Positions 17,503 through 26,991 of a DNA stretch of 64,000 nt are shown here, one piece after another. The stretch's first letter is position 1, and the number at the start of each line of letters is the position of its first letter. Source of the stretch: Candidatus Magasanikiibacteriota bacterium (GTDB taxonomy: Bacteria; Patescibacteriota; Patescibacteriia; Magasanikbacterales; GWA2-37-8); assembly GCA_963802255.1 (NCBI GenBank), contig CAWDHY010000002.1:4867-68866 (forward strand). Reading direction: 5' to 3'. Under the pieces are notes generated by a model. The model did not search any database and was not told the DNA's origin. It worked only from the letters and a program-made list of their open reading frames with translations. Both the position numbers and the translations under genes were made by a program.

Positions 17503-17529
17503 AAAAGGCAGGACAAGAGTCCTGCCCTT
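17503..17529 (-). terminator. hairpin between rpmG and tRNA-Trp
   Basis: On minus strand AAGGGCAGGAC-tctt-GTCCTGCCTTTT. Confidence 0.55.
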
Positions 17530-17536
17530 AATATTA

Positions 17537-17701
17537 TTACTTCGTTTCCTTGTGCGCTACATGCTTTTTACAATGACGGCAATATTTCTTTATCTCTAAG
17601 CGGTTCTTCAGGAGTTTTTTATTCTTGCGGCTGAAGTAATTTACACGTTTGCACTCGGAACACTCCATTTTTATCATGTTTTCTCTTTCTTTTGAAGGCA
17701 T
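17537..17701 (-). CDS. rpmG: 50S ribosomal protein L33 (Zn-binding form)
   Basis: Manual translation [54 protein letters not shown]; below the ORF-track cutoff. Confidence 0.95.
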   Translation of the reverse strand: MPSKERENMIKMECSECKRVNYFSRKNKKLLKNRLEIKKYCRHCKKHVAHKETK

Positions 17702-17726
17702 ATATTCAATTAATTAATTTACTATG

Positions 17727-17808
17727 TGGATGGGGAAGGATTCGAACCTTCGAAGGCGGAGCCAACAGATTTACAGTCTGTCCCCTTTGACCGCTCGGGA
17801 ACCCATCC
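17727..17808 (-). tRNA. trnY: tRNA-Tyr(GTA)
   Basis: GGATGGGTTCCCGAGCGGTCAAAGGGGACAGACTGTAAATCTGT...GGTTCGAATCCTTCCCCATCCA with long variable arm. Confidence 0.95.
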
Positions 17809-17823
17809 AACTTTGATACTGCG

Positions 17824-17896
17824 AGCCACCTGTCGGGCTCGGACCGACGACCTACGGTTTACAAAACCGTTGCTCTACCAGCTGAGCTAAGGTGGC
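17824..17896 (-). tRNA. trnT: tRNA-Thr(TGT)
   Basis: GCCACCTTAGCTCAGCTGGTAGAGCAACGGTTTTGTAAACCGTAGGTCGTCGGTCCGAGCCCGACAGGTGGCT. Confidence 0.93.
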
Positions 17897-17922
17897 GAAT
17901 ATGGGCTTACTTTGTAAACCAG

Positions 17923-17995
17923 AGCCGTTGCGCGGATTTGAACCGCGGACCTACTCCTTACCATGGAGTTGCTCTACCAACTGAGCTACAACGGC
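17923..17995 (-). tRNA. trnT: tRNA-Thr(GGT)
   Basis: GCCGTTGTAGCTCAGTTGGTAGAGCAACTCCATGGTAAGGAGTAGGTCCGCGGTTCAAATCCGCGCAACGGCT. Confidence 0.95.
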
Positions 17996-18012
17996 ATCCT
18001 TAAAGCCGGGCA

Positions 18013-18041
18013 ATTATATCATATCTGCTCAATTTTTTCAA
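18013..18041 (-). promoter_or_regulatory. stable-RNA promoter TTGAAA-17-TATAAT with GC-rich discriminator
   Basis: Extended -10 TGATATAAT followed by TGCCCGGC, just upstream of tRNA-Thr. Confidence 0.75.
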
Positions 18042-18927
18042 TCCTTTCCTTAAACTCAACCAATTTATGATTATCGGGATTTACCAATCTTAATTCTTCA
18101 AATCCCTTATTTGCGGCCTGCCGATCGCCACATACTATAGCAATTTCTATGAATAAGTCAAGGTATTTGGGATTCTTCGGCTCAAGTTCAACAGCCTGGG
18201 AAACAGCTTCCAAGGCTACTTCCGGCTGTTCTACTTTTTGCAACAGCTCGGCTAAGTGATAAAAACGCGGAGAGAGCGAATCATTGATGGAAACGGCATT
18301 TTCCAGATAATTAATCGCTTCATTTATCTTGCCCCGTTCCTCGGAAAGCTCGGACAACTTTACCAGCAAAGCATCATCCGCTGGCGTAAGACGACTCAAG
18401 AAATCATAAGTTTGCAGAGCCTCTTCAGCCGCGCCTTTAGCCATATAGGTGTCAGCAAGCCCGCGATACGCCGGGGCCAGCTTCTTGTCAAACTTGATGG
18501 CGGCAATAAAAAATTCTTCAGCCTTGTCGTAGTTTCCTTCGTGAAATTTATTTTCTCCCTGCTGCAAAAGTTCACTAATCTGTTTCTCACGGTCCATTGA
18601 CGATAAATCCCGGTTTTTCTGCCTATTTTTTATCAGTTCTTCATAGTGTAATAATTTTTCAATTTTCCCCACATACATTCTGAATTTTTGCTGTAAAATA
18701 TTCCATAAGCGTTTAAGCGGCGTCATCTTTTCTTGAAACTGTTTTCGTGCTTCATTACTCTTCTCCGAAAGACGATTTTCCAAAATTGACCGTTTTTTCT
18801 TTGATTCTTGTTCTTCCGCCAAATTCTCAAGGTCTAGATTGGCCACTATCGGAAATTTGCGAATTATAATAACGGCAATCACAACCAGTGCCAAAACAAT
18901 TAAAGAAATAAAGATTGTATTAATCAT
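18019..18927 (-). CDS. membrane-anchored TPR protein
   Basis: N-terminal TM; TPR repeats (AEEFFIAAIKFD, AYRGLADTY, AVELEPKNPKY). Confidence 0.85.
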   Translation of the reverse strand: MINTIFISLIVLALVVIAVIIIRKFPIVANLDLENLAEEQESKKKRSILENRLSEKSNEARKQFQEKMTPLKRLWNILQQKFRMYVGKIEKLLHYEELIKNRQKNRDLSSMDREKQISELLQQGENKFHEGNYDKAEEFFIAAIKFDKKLAPAYRGLADTYMAKGAAEEALQTYDFLSRLTPADDALLVKLSELSEERGKINEAINYLENAVSINDSLSPRFYHLAELLQKVEQPEVALEAVSQAVELEPKNPKYLDLFIEIAIVCGDRQAANKGFEELRLVNPDNHKLVEFKERIEKIEQI

Positions 18928-18933
18928 AAAATA

Positions 18934-19698
18934 TTATTTTGCCGAAAAACCCGCCGCTTTTTCCATTATATCTATAAAGGTCTCCAGTTTGGCGGAAGCA
19001 TTACCAATTAAAACACCATCCGTGTGTGCGCCTGACAAGTAATCTGTAACATTTTCTGCGCGGACACTTCCGCCGTAAAGAATTCGAAAATCGACACCCG
19101 GCAAAAGTGATTTGGCAATTACCGATATCTTTTCCTGCATCCTTTCAGCTTCTTTTGGATCGCAAGCATCCCCTGTACCGATCGCCCAAACCGGCTCATA
19201 AGCGATAAAAAAATCCGTACCGGACGGCAAATCCAAATTTTCAAATGCAGCTCTGAGTTGAATTTCCACGATTTCTTCGGCCTTGCCGGCGCGGCGTTCC
19301 TCCTGTGTTTCGCCTACGCAAATAACAGGTGTTATTTTTTCCGCAAAAGCCGCTTCAATTTTCTGCCTGACATCATGATTTGTTTCATGGAACACATGGC
19401 GTCTTTCCGAATGTCCGACAAGCACATACTTGCAACCGGCCTCTTTAAACATACCAATGGAGATTTCACCGGTGTAACCTCCTCTATCCACCCAATATGA
19501 ATTCTGCGCGCCAATATCGATATTGGTCTCTTTAAGATTCAAAGCTATTGAATATATAGCCAACGCGCTGGGAAATAAAGCAATGTGGACAGACGGTGGC
19601 ATTTTTCTGGCTTCTCCAATTAAAGCATTGGCCAAAATATTGCTTTCGTCATAGCCAAGATACATTTTCCAGTTAGCAAATAAAAATATTTTTTTCAT
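18934..19698 (-). CDS. tpiA: triosephosphate isomerase
   Basis: ANWKM, GHSERR, AYEPVWAIGTG, LYGGSV. Confidence 0.98.
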   Translation of the reverse strand: MKKIFLFANWKMYLGYDESNILANALIGEARKMPPSVHIALFPSALAIYSIALNLKETNIDIGAQNSYWVDRGGYTGEISIGMFKEAGCKYVLVGHSERRHVFHETNHDVRQKIEAAFAEKITPVICVGETQEERRAGKAEEIVEIQLRAAFENLDLPSGTDFFIAYEPVWAIGTGDACDPKEAERMQEKISVIAKSLLPGVDFRILYGGSVRAENVTDYLSGAHTDGVLIGNASAKLETFIDIMEKAAGFSAK

Positions 19699-19704
19699 AT
19701 CAGA

Positions 19705-20976
19705 TTATATCAATTTAAGAATTTGCTTTTTATTTTTAGAGCTGATGACGGTGACTCTCATTTCACTCTTCTTAAATATATCAGCAGCCAAATTTAATAC
19801 TTGTTTCGCGGTAACTTTTTTAATATTTATAATTTCTTGCTTATAATCTTCAATTTTATTGCCAAACCAAAAATGGCCGGCAAACCACTCTGCTTGTATA
19901 TGGGAATTTTCCATCATCAATGTCAAACTGCCGGCTAAATTATTTTTCGCGCCAATAAGTTCTTTGCCACTTACTAGCTCGCGCGAAATACGTTTTAATT
20001 CGTTCTGAATAACTGAAAATGCCTCCGGTAAACGATTTTGGTCCAAACCTGAGACGATATGAACCGCTCCGGTATCACGATAACTCGCGGCTTCAACCCG
20101 TACACGATATGCCAGCCCTCGTTTTTCTCTCACTTCCACAAATAAACGTGAACTCATGCCTCCTCCCAGTATGTTAAGCAATACCGACAACGCGTAACGC
20201 TTCGGGTCAGTTCTCTTTAAACCGGGAAATGTAAAAAATACATGAGCCTGATCAATTTTTCTTTTTTGCACGGTTAATCTGCGGTTTAAAGGCACGTTCC
20301 GGGGGATGGTTATTTTTTCAAAATTATTCTTATTAATTTTCGCACGGCTTTGTACTTGTCCAAAATATTTTGCCGCAAGTTTTTTTGTATTTTCCCCGAC
20401 TGACCCGGCGACAACTAAAACCATATTTTCCGGCGCGTAGGCAGACTTGTAATAATGCCACAGATCGTTGCGGCTCATGTCTTTAATATTTTGAATTGTA
20501 CCGGCGATGTTGCGTCCGAGCGGATGATCGCCGAAAATAGTCAATTCCGCAAGATCTTCAACCGCCGCCATCGGGTTATCTTCATACATCTTTATCTCTT
20601 CAATTATCACCCCTTTTTCTTTATCAATTTCTTCGGTTTCAAACAAGGAGTTGAATAACATATCGGAAAGAACATCCATAGCTAACTCTTCCTTACGAGA
20701 ATCAATTTTAATATAATAACCGGTATATTCTTTATGAGTCATGGCGTTGTAATGTGCGCCAACCGCATCTAACGCCCGGGAAATATCCAAATTTGAAGGC
20801 CGTTTTTTTGTCCCCTTAAACATCAGGTGTTCTACAAAATGAGAAGCCCCGCCAAGTTTCTTATTTTCATAACGCGAGCCAACCGGCACAAGTATCATAA
20901 TAGTGACCGCCTTAGTGCCGGACAAGGGAACAAAAATAGTATTTAACCCGTTTTTCAGCTTTGATTGACGATGCAT
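19705..20976 (-). CDS. M16 (pitrilysin) family zinc peptidase
   Basis: HFVEH (HxxEH), LGGGMSSRLF.EVREKRGLAY. Confidence 0.95.
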   Translation of the reverse strand: MHRQSKLKNGLNTIFVPLSGTKAVTIMILVPVGSRYENKKLGGASHFVEHLMFKGTKKRPSNLDISRALDAVGAHYNAMTHKEYTGYYIKIDSRKEELAMDVLSDMLFNSLFETEEIDKEKGVIIEEIKMYEDNPMAAVEDLAELTIFGDHPLGRNIAGTIQNIKDMSRNDLWHYYKSAYAPENMVLVVAGSVGENTKKLAAKYFGQVQSRAKINKNNFEKITIPRNVPLNRRLTVQKRKIDQAHVFFTFPGLKRTDPKRYALSVLLNILGGGMSSRLFVEVREKRGLAYRVRVEAASYRDTGAVHIVSGLDQNRLPEAFSVIQNELKRISRELVSGKELIGAKNNLAGSLTLMMENSHIQAEWFAGHFWFGNKIEDYKQEIINIKKVTAKQVLNLAADIFKKSEMRVTVISSKNKKQILKLI

Positions 20977-20979
20977 AAA

Positions 20980-21213
20980 TTATTTTGCCAAATCCTGGCG
21001 GGATTGCAGGTCTTTTCTGAGTTCAGTTAATCGGTCCCGGGCTTCCTGAAGTTCTTTCGGATCAACATTCTCTCCGGACCGCGTCATATTTTCAATAAGG
21101 GTCTGATAACCAGAAATTTCCTTTTCTAACTGCTCAAGCGTTTTAACCGGCGGGTCGACTTCCGCAGATAAATTTCCGCTTGACTCCCCTCCCGGATTTT
21201 TTTCTGTATACAT
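20980..21213 (-). CDS. small coiled-coil hypothetical protein
   Basis: 77-aa ORF filling the gap in the operon with 3-6 nt spacing. Confidence 0.65.
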   Translation of the reverse strand: MYTEKNPGGESSGNLSAEVDPPVKTLEQLEKEISGYQTLIENMTRSGENVDPKELQEARDRLTELRKDLQSRQDLAK

Positions 21214-21219
21214 ATAAAT

Positions 21220-22587
21220 TTAATTAAATTTTTCTTTTAAAAAATTTGTTAATTCAGTAATTTCAACTCTGTCCTGTTTCATCGTGTCGCGGTCGCGCAC
21301 GGTAACTTTTTTGTCTTCAAGCGAATCAAAATCGACGGTAACGCAATATGGCGTGCCGATCTCATCTTCACGTCGGTAACGCTTACCGATGCTTTGTGTC
21401 TCATCGTAATCCACCGAGAAATTCTTACGCAATTCCGCGGCTAAAGATTTAGAAACATTTGACAGTTCTTCTTTTTTGGAAAGCGGTAAAACCGCCACCT
21501 GATACGGCGATAAATATTTTGGAAATTTCATTACAATACGTTTTTCTGTTTCTCCATCTTCAGCAGTTGGCACATCTTCCTCATGATACGCTTCAAGCAA
21601 AGCGACCAATAACATCCGATCAATACCAAAAGTCGGCTCAATCACGTGCGGTAAAAATTTTTCATTTGTTTCCGGGTCGGTATAATGCAAATCCTGACCG
21701 CTAATTTTTTCATGGCGCGATAAATCAAAATCGGTACGATATGCAATCCCATGAAGCTCTTTAACTCCGAACGGATATTTATATTCAATATCTACCGTCC
21801 GTTTACTGTAATGAGCGCGCTCATCTCCAGGAATTTCATGCCAAATTAAATTATCCATGTTCACCTGCATCACATCTTTCCACCAGCGTTTTATTTCATC
21901 CAACCACATTTCAAAAACTTTTTTCCAATCTTTTGGGTTGATAAAATATTCAAATTCGCCGATCTCAAACTCGCGGGTGCGAAAAATAAAATTACCCGGT
22001 GTAATTTCGTTGCGGAAGCATTTACCTATCTGCGCAATGCCGAAAGGCAGTTTTCTGCGGGTTACTGTCTGAATATTTTTAAAATTAACAAACATCCCAC
22101 CGGCTGTTTCAGGACGCAAATACGCCACTGTGGTATTATCATCCGTTGTGCCGAGAAAAGTCTTAAACATAAGGTTAAACGCCTTTGGCTCAGTCAAGAC
22201 ACCATCGCAATCGGGGCAAAAAACCTCAGACGGTATTTTAACTTTTTCTTTATCAAATTTTGGAGTTATTCCCTTGGCCTCAAGCAGATGGTCAATACGG
22301 AAACGATGATGGCACTCTTTACACTCAACCAATTCATCGCTAAAATTTTCCAAATGGCCGGACGCTTCCCAAACCTTCGGGTTCATAATAATAGCCGAAT
22401 CAAACGGCACCATGTCATCCCGCTCGGTTACGAAAAATTTCCACCAGGCCTTTTTAATATTTTGCTTAAGCAAATGACCCAGTGGTCCATAATCCCAGCT
22501 GTTCGCTAAGCCTCCATATATTTCCGATCCCGGAAAAACAAATCCCCTCCTTTTACAAAGTGAAACAATTATATCAAGATCTGGCAT
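21220..22587 (-). CDS. glyQS: glycine--tRNA ligase (alpha2 type)
   Basis: IYGG...DYGPLG, LRPETA, FRNEITP..FIFRTREF, IEPTFG, SIGKRYRR.DEIG. Confidence 0.97.
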   Translation of the reverse strand: MPDLDIIVSLCKRRGFVFPGSEIYGGLANSWDYGPLGHLLKQNIKKAWWKFFVTERDDMVPFDSAIIMNPKVWEASGHLENFSDELVECKECHHRFRIDHLLEAKGITPKFDKEKVKIPSEVFCPDCDGVLTEPKAFNLMFKTFLGTTDDNTTVAYLRPETAGGMFVNFKNIQTVTRRKLPFGIAQIGKCFRNEITPGNFIFRTREFEIGEFEYFINPKDWKKVFEMWLDEIKRWWKDVMQVNMDNLIWHEIPGDERAHYSKRTVDIEYKYPFGVKELHGIAYRTDFDLSRHEKISGQDLHYTDPETNEKFLPHVIEPTFGIDRMLLVALLEAYHEEDVPTAEDGETEKRIVMKFPKYLSPYQVAVLPLSKKEELSNVSKSLAAELRKNFSVDYDETQSIGKRYRREDEIGTPYCVTVDFDSLEDKKVTVRDRDTMKQDRVEITELTNFLKEKFN

Positions 22588-22589
22588 AA

Positions 22590-23240
22590 TTATTCTTTAA
22601 ATTTAAAGCTGGATAATACTTGTAAAAATATTTTTTCCATTTCCGCCGGATCATAGGCAAGCGGACGGATACTCTCGTCATACACTTCGGGGTTGCTTGA
22701 CACTAAATACAAATTCATTGAAATAGTATTTTCACCGCGTTGTGTAATATAGACGAGCGAATCAGCCACATGCGACATCGCGGCATCACTGCATTTTAAA
22801 CGTCTGAATTCCAGACCGTTGATAACAATCTTATCTGTAAAATCTTTACTTGGCACCGGTGTTTTTGCATAATGCCAAATTACCGTTTTGTCTTCACCGC
22901 TGCCAAAATCCTGACAGGATGATTTATTTATGTCCAAACGAATTTGTGCTACGCCTAAATTTGTTCCCGTGGTAAAACTCTCCGGAAAATTTAATATCAA
23001 TTTTGAATCCGGACTTGAAAAATCAGAAATAAGATCGACAGGGTATTTGACGCCAAATTGATATACAGGATTGCCGTACTCAATATATTGGCCCGGCAGA
23101 AATGGTTCGGCTATTTCTTTTATCACGTCTTTAGCGTCGCCTTCAGGCTGCCGTTGCAGGCCACAGCCTGCGAACAGCAAAAGCGCTAAACTCAAACTTG
23201 CGCCGCAAACTACTACAATTTTTAATGCCCGTACCCGCAT
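22590..23240 (-). CDS. lipoprotein, PsbP-like fold suspected
   Basis: Lipobox LFAGC; Y.NPVYQFGVKYP...F.QVLSSFKF pattern. Confidence 0.6.
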   Translation of the reverse strand: MRVRALKIVVVCGASLSLALLLFAGCGLQRQPEGDAKDVIKEIAEPFLPGQYIEYGNPVYQFGVKYPVDLISDFSSPDSKLILNFPESFTTGTNLGVAQIRLDINKSSCQDFGSGEDKTVIWHYAKTPVPSKDFTDKIVINGLEFRRLKCSDAAMSHVADSLVYITQRGENTISMNLYLVSSNPEVYDESIRPLAYDPAEMEKIFLQVLSSFKFKE

Positions 23241-23242
23241 AA

Positions 23243-23791
23243 TTATACTCCGTTAATTTCAATTTCTTTCTTTTCACCAATCTGTTTAATCTGTTCATTA
23301 TACTCCTTTACCATCTTATCCAAATTATCCTGCAAGCTATATTTTTCATCTTCTGTTATTCCACCATCTTTTTCACCCTCATTTATCATATCTCTTACAT
23401 CTTCACGCACCTGGCGCACTGAAATCCGGGCGTTCTCCAATTTTTGATGCAATATTTTTGTCAGCTCTGACCGGCGTTCAACGGTTAATTCAGGCAAAGA
23501 TATGCGGATCATCCTGCCATCGTTTACCGGATTAATTCCCAAACCCGAATCCCTGATACCCTTTTCAATCGCCGACATCAGGCCCTTGTCCCATGGTTCA
23601 ACATTCAATGTTTTTGGATCAGCCACAGAAATGCTGGCCACCGCTTTCAGCGGCTGTCTGGTGCCATAGGCCTCAACTTGGATATCTTCAACCATGGCCG
23701 TGGAAGCGCGGCCTGTCCGCAGACCGGTAATATCCTGCTTTAAAAAATCAATCGTCTTGTTAAAATCTTCTTTGTGTTCATTAATGTTCAT
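23243..23791 (-). CDS. frr: ribosome recycling factor
   Basis: LRTGRAS, GINP.NDG, LPELT.ERR, RISVRQVR. Confidence 0.97.
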   Translation of the reverse strand: MNINEHKEDFNKTIDFLKQDITGLRTGRASTAMVEDIQVEAYGTRQPLKAVASISVADPKTLNVEPWDKGLMSAIEKGIRDSGLGINPVNDGRMIRISLPELTVERRSELTKILHQKLENARISVRQVREDVRDMINEGEKDGGITEDEKYSLQDNLDKMVKEYNEQIKQIGEKKEIEINGV

Positions 23792-23801
23792 AATATTGGT
23801 C

Positions 23802-24881
23802 TTAATTTAGCAACGCAAAACCCATTAAGATCATGGCGTCATTAACCGAGTGAATTTTAATTACTACCGGAATGGTATTTGTCGGCAATTTTTGCGTTAC
23901 CCATGTAGCGCCGCCGTCTACACTCTTGTAGAAAGTTGAACGCACGTGACTGTTGTTTTCTCCGAGAATTGTGCCGGTGTAATAGATTTCATTGGGATTT
24001 TTCTCGTTTACCGCGAAACCGTAGATTGTGACTGCTCCCGGTGGCGTCAAAAGTTTAAGTTCCGTCCATGTGACTCCGGCATCATTTGACCGCAATATAC
24101 CATACTTGCTGATCCAATATAATGTGTCCTTTTGATTTTTGCTCACATACAAGCGGTAATACACCTTGCTGTCATTAAATTTTTTAAAATTATCGCGCAA
24201 ATCAATCCATGTGGCGCCGGAATCATCAGACCGAACCATATTCGACCGCTGTGAAGCGATATAAATACGGCCAGGCACTGATTTATCAATAAATACATCC
24301 TGTAAAGCAAAACTAAACCGCTTTATCACCTGCCAGCTTCTGCCTCCGTCCCGGCTTATTAAAAGATCACCGCCGATTTCAGTACTGTAAATTGAACCGT
24401 CGGAAGGATCAATGTCCATTGAAGATACTCTTTCACCTGAGCGTTCTTCAGTAAACATTAAATTCCAAGTACGTGCACAATCCTCTGATTTATAGATATG
24501 CGCGCCATCGCTCGCGTAGATAGTGCATTTATCAGCAGGATCAACAGCAGCGGTGTAAACAAATTTTCCGTTGAAAAAAGAGACGGCAGTCCATGAATCG
24601 CCGTTATCATAAGTATAATAAAGACCCTGCCCGCGGCTGGCCAGATAAAAAGCGTTGGGATCGCTCGGGTCATCAAATATCCGGTATACTTTTACAGAGC
24701 TGATACTCTTCACTCCTTGCGCTGTCGGCAGGGCCATTGCGGCGGTCCATTCTTCACCGCGGTCAATGGACTTAAAAATACCCATCGGTCCCACTTCCGT
24801 TGATTTATTGCTGCTGATACAGCTGGCGCCGGTGAATATAAACACCACCAGCAGTAGAAATACGAGTATTTTTTTAGACAT
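23802..24881 (-). CDS. BNR/Asp-box beta-propeller lipoprotein (Ycf48/VPS10-like)
   Basis: Repeated SxDxGxTW boxes; lipobox-like TGASC. Confidence 0.85.
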   Translation of the reverse strand: MSKKILVFLLLVVFIFTGASCISSNKSTEVGPMGIFKSIDRGEEWTAAMALPTAQGVKSISSVKVYRIFDDPSDPNAFYLASRGQGLYYTYDNGDSWTAVSFFNGKFVYTAAVDPADKCTIYASDGAHIYKSEDCARTWNLMFTEERSGERVSSMDIDPSDGSIYSTEIGGDLLISRDGGRSWQVIKRFSFALQDVFIDKSVPGRIYIASQRSNMVRSDDSGATWIDLRDNFKKFNDSKVYYRLYVSKNQKDTLYWISKYGILRSNDAGVTWTELKLLTPPGAVTIYGFAVNEKNPNEIYYTGTILGENNSHVRSTFYKSVDGGATWVTQKLPTNTIPVVIKIHSVNDAMILMGFALLN

Positions 24882-24906
24882 ATTATCTGTTAAATTAAAA
24901 TTTTTT

Positions 24907-25818
24907 TTAAATTATTAATAAAATTCTCTCAATTAATAATCTGGGGTGAACATTGCGGCCAAGTAATTCCCGTGCCTTTCTTATTTCATCAATTATTTTC
25001 AGTGTTTGAACCGGCGAAAAATATTTACCGGCTACGGGCTGACCCAAAAAAGAGTTTCTCCAAAGCATTGTCCAAAGATCCAAAATATTTTTTAATTTAT
25101 CGCGTCCTCGCACTGCGTCATCCTTATCGCCGAACAATTCTTCGGTCGCTGAAATTTTTTCAAAAAACGGCCTACCAACAATTTTTCCCAAGCGCTCAAT
25201 CTCTAAAACATATTCGCTCATTTTTTCCTTGTCCTTCAAAAATTTCACCGCCCGCCCCGGCCTGCCCCACGATGCTTCAGCCGCCAGATTAACCGCTTCC
25301 GGAGCGTCGTCAAATTTCATCAGAGCGTCTGCTATTTCTTTTTCAGGAACGAGAGAAAAATTTATATGCTGGCAACGTGAAAGAACAGTTTCCGGCAAAT
25401 CTCTTTCATTTTCTGTAAGCAAAAAAATTAAACTATTTTCCACCGATTCTTCAAGAGTTTTTAAAAGCGCATTGGCGGCTTCAATATTTATTTTCTCCGC
25501 TTCATCAATTATGACAATCTTTTTTCCGCCCAGCCACGACCTGTTTTGTAAAAAATTCCCAACTGTTTTCGCCTGACTGACAATAATATCTTTTTTTAAT
25601 TTTCCTGTTTTTTCTTCGACAGAACGTTCAATATATAAATAATCGGCATGAATTGCCAGTTTGTCGAACTCCGTATTCAATGCTTTTGCCGCAATATATT
25701 TTGCCACTGTACGCTTACCCACATGGCCCGGCCCGGAAAAACAATAGGCATGGGACAACATATCGTTCTCAAGTGCGTGGGTCAAAAATTGCAGGTTTTT
25801 TTGGTGTCCGATTATCAT
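24907..25818 (-). CDS. holB: DNA polymerase III delta' subunit
   Basis: HAYCFSGPGHVGK, AANALLKTLEE, LPETVLSRCQ. Confidence 0.88.
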   Translation of the reverse strand: MIIGHQKNLQFLTHALENDMLSHAYCFSGPGHVGKRTVAKYIAAKALNTEFDKLAIHADYLYIERSVEEKTGKLKKDIIVSQAKTVGNFLQNRSWLGGKKIVIIDEAEKINIEAANALLKTLEESVENSLIFLLTENERDLPETVLSRCQHINFSLVPEKEIADALMKFDDAPEAVNLAAEASWGRPGRAVKFLKDKEKMSEYVLEIERLGKIVGRPFFEKISATEELFGDKDDAVRGRDKLKNILDLWTMLWRNSFLGQPVAGKYFSPVQTLKIIDEIRKARELLGRNVHPRLLIERILLII

Positions 25819-25874
25819 GAATAGCAGGTAATATAAAATAATCCCCCTTACGCGTTTACATTCATTATATTAGC

Positions 25875-26990
25875 CTATTTTCCAGCTTCCCGCAAGACCT
25901 GCCAGGTAAGTTTTGCTGTATTTTCCCATGAAAACATTCCAGCTCTGGCAATCCCGGATTCTACATATTTATTTCGCAAATCCCGATTTAAGGCCATCTG
26001 TATGGCAGAGGCAGCAATATCATCTGTTGATTCAGGCTCAACGATTATAGCGGCATTTTCAGCCACCTCTGTCAGACTATTCCCCTTTGACACAATCACC
26101 GGACAGCCTGATGCCATGGCTTCAAGAACAGGCAAACCAAACCCTTCATAATTTGACGGAAAAATCATGGCTTCGGCAAAATTATATAATTTTGCAATCA
26201 TTTCAGAATCAAGCCAGCCGGACAAAATTATATCATTTTTATTCTGGCTATTCTTAATCACCTCTTCCACTTCCTTGTAACCGCAGCCGGGCATGCCAAC
26301 AAGCACCAAAGCGCAATCATATTGTTTTTTTATTTTATCAAATGCCCGGACAATATTAGCCACATTCTTTTTTTGTTCAAGCCGTCCGACAAAAATAAAA
26401 AAAGGCTTTGTTATTTCGAATTTTTTTAAAATTTCATTTTTTTCCTCAAAATTCATCGGAATCTTTTTATATATTGCCTTGTTAAAACCCAGCGGTGTTA
26501 CTGAAACACGGTTCGTGTCAAAATTATACAAACGTTTTAGCTCGCGCCGGCTAAATTCAGACGGAGTGAGAATCATCCGTGATTTATTTAACACCATTCT
26601 GTTCATGAAGCGTAGATATAGTCGGCTGAAAAAACGATATGCTTTTGGAAAAACCATAAAAGCGCTGTCATGAACCGTGGCAACCGTATTTTTTGGCGCG
26701 ATTGCCGGAACCAGTTGCCCGGGAGCAAAAAAAACATCCGGCGGATGTTTCCATAGCTCTATAGACAACCTGATCTGACTCCACAATTTCCACGGCCATG
26801 GCAAGACACGCGACTGCCAATTTTCCGGTAAATCGCCGAGATCTCCCGTAAGCGGCGTTTGGCTATACAAAATTACCCGCACATCGGCGGGTATAATTTG
26901 TTTGAGATGATTAATAATCTGCCACGAATACTCGTCCACGCCAGTGCGGAGCAATTTGTTAGCGTGTGATGCTTCAATGCCGACTATCAT
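25875..26990 (-). CDS. glycosyltransferase family 4
   Basis: FVGRLEQKKN, EGFGLPVLEAMASG, FSWE. Start set to ATG 26990 (MIVGIEAS). Confidence 0.92.
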   Translation of the reverse strand: MIVGIEASHANKLLRTGVDEYSWQIINHLKQIIPADVRVILYSQTPLTGDLGDLPENWQSRVLPWPWKLWSQIRLSIELWKHPPDVFFAPGQLVPAIAPKNTVATVHDSAFMVFPKAYRFFSRLYLRFMNRMVLNKSRMILTPSEFSRRELKRLYNFDTNRVSVTPLGFNKAIYKKIPMNFEEKNEILKKFEITKPFFIFVGRLEQKKNVANIVRAFDKIKKQYDCALVLVGMPGCGYKEVEEVIKNSQNKNDIILSGWLDSEMIAKLYNFAEAMIFPSNYEGFGLPVLEAMASGCPVIVSKGNSLTEVAENAAIIVEPESTDDIAASAIQMALNRDLRNKYVESGIARAGMFSWENTAKLTWQVLREAGK

Positions 26991-26991
26991 A

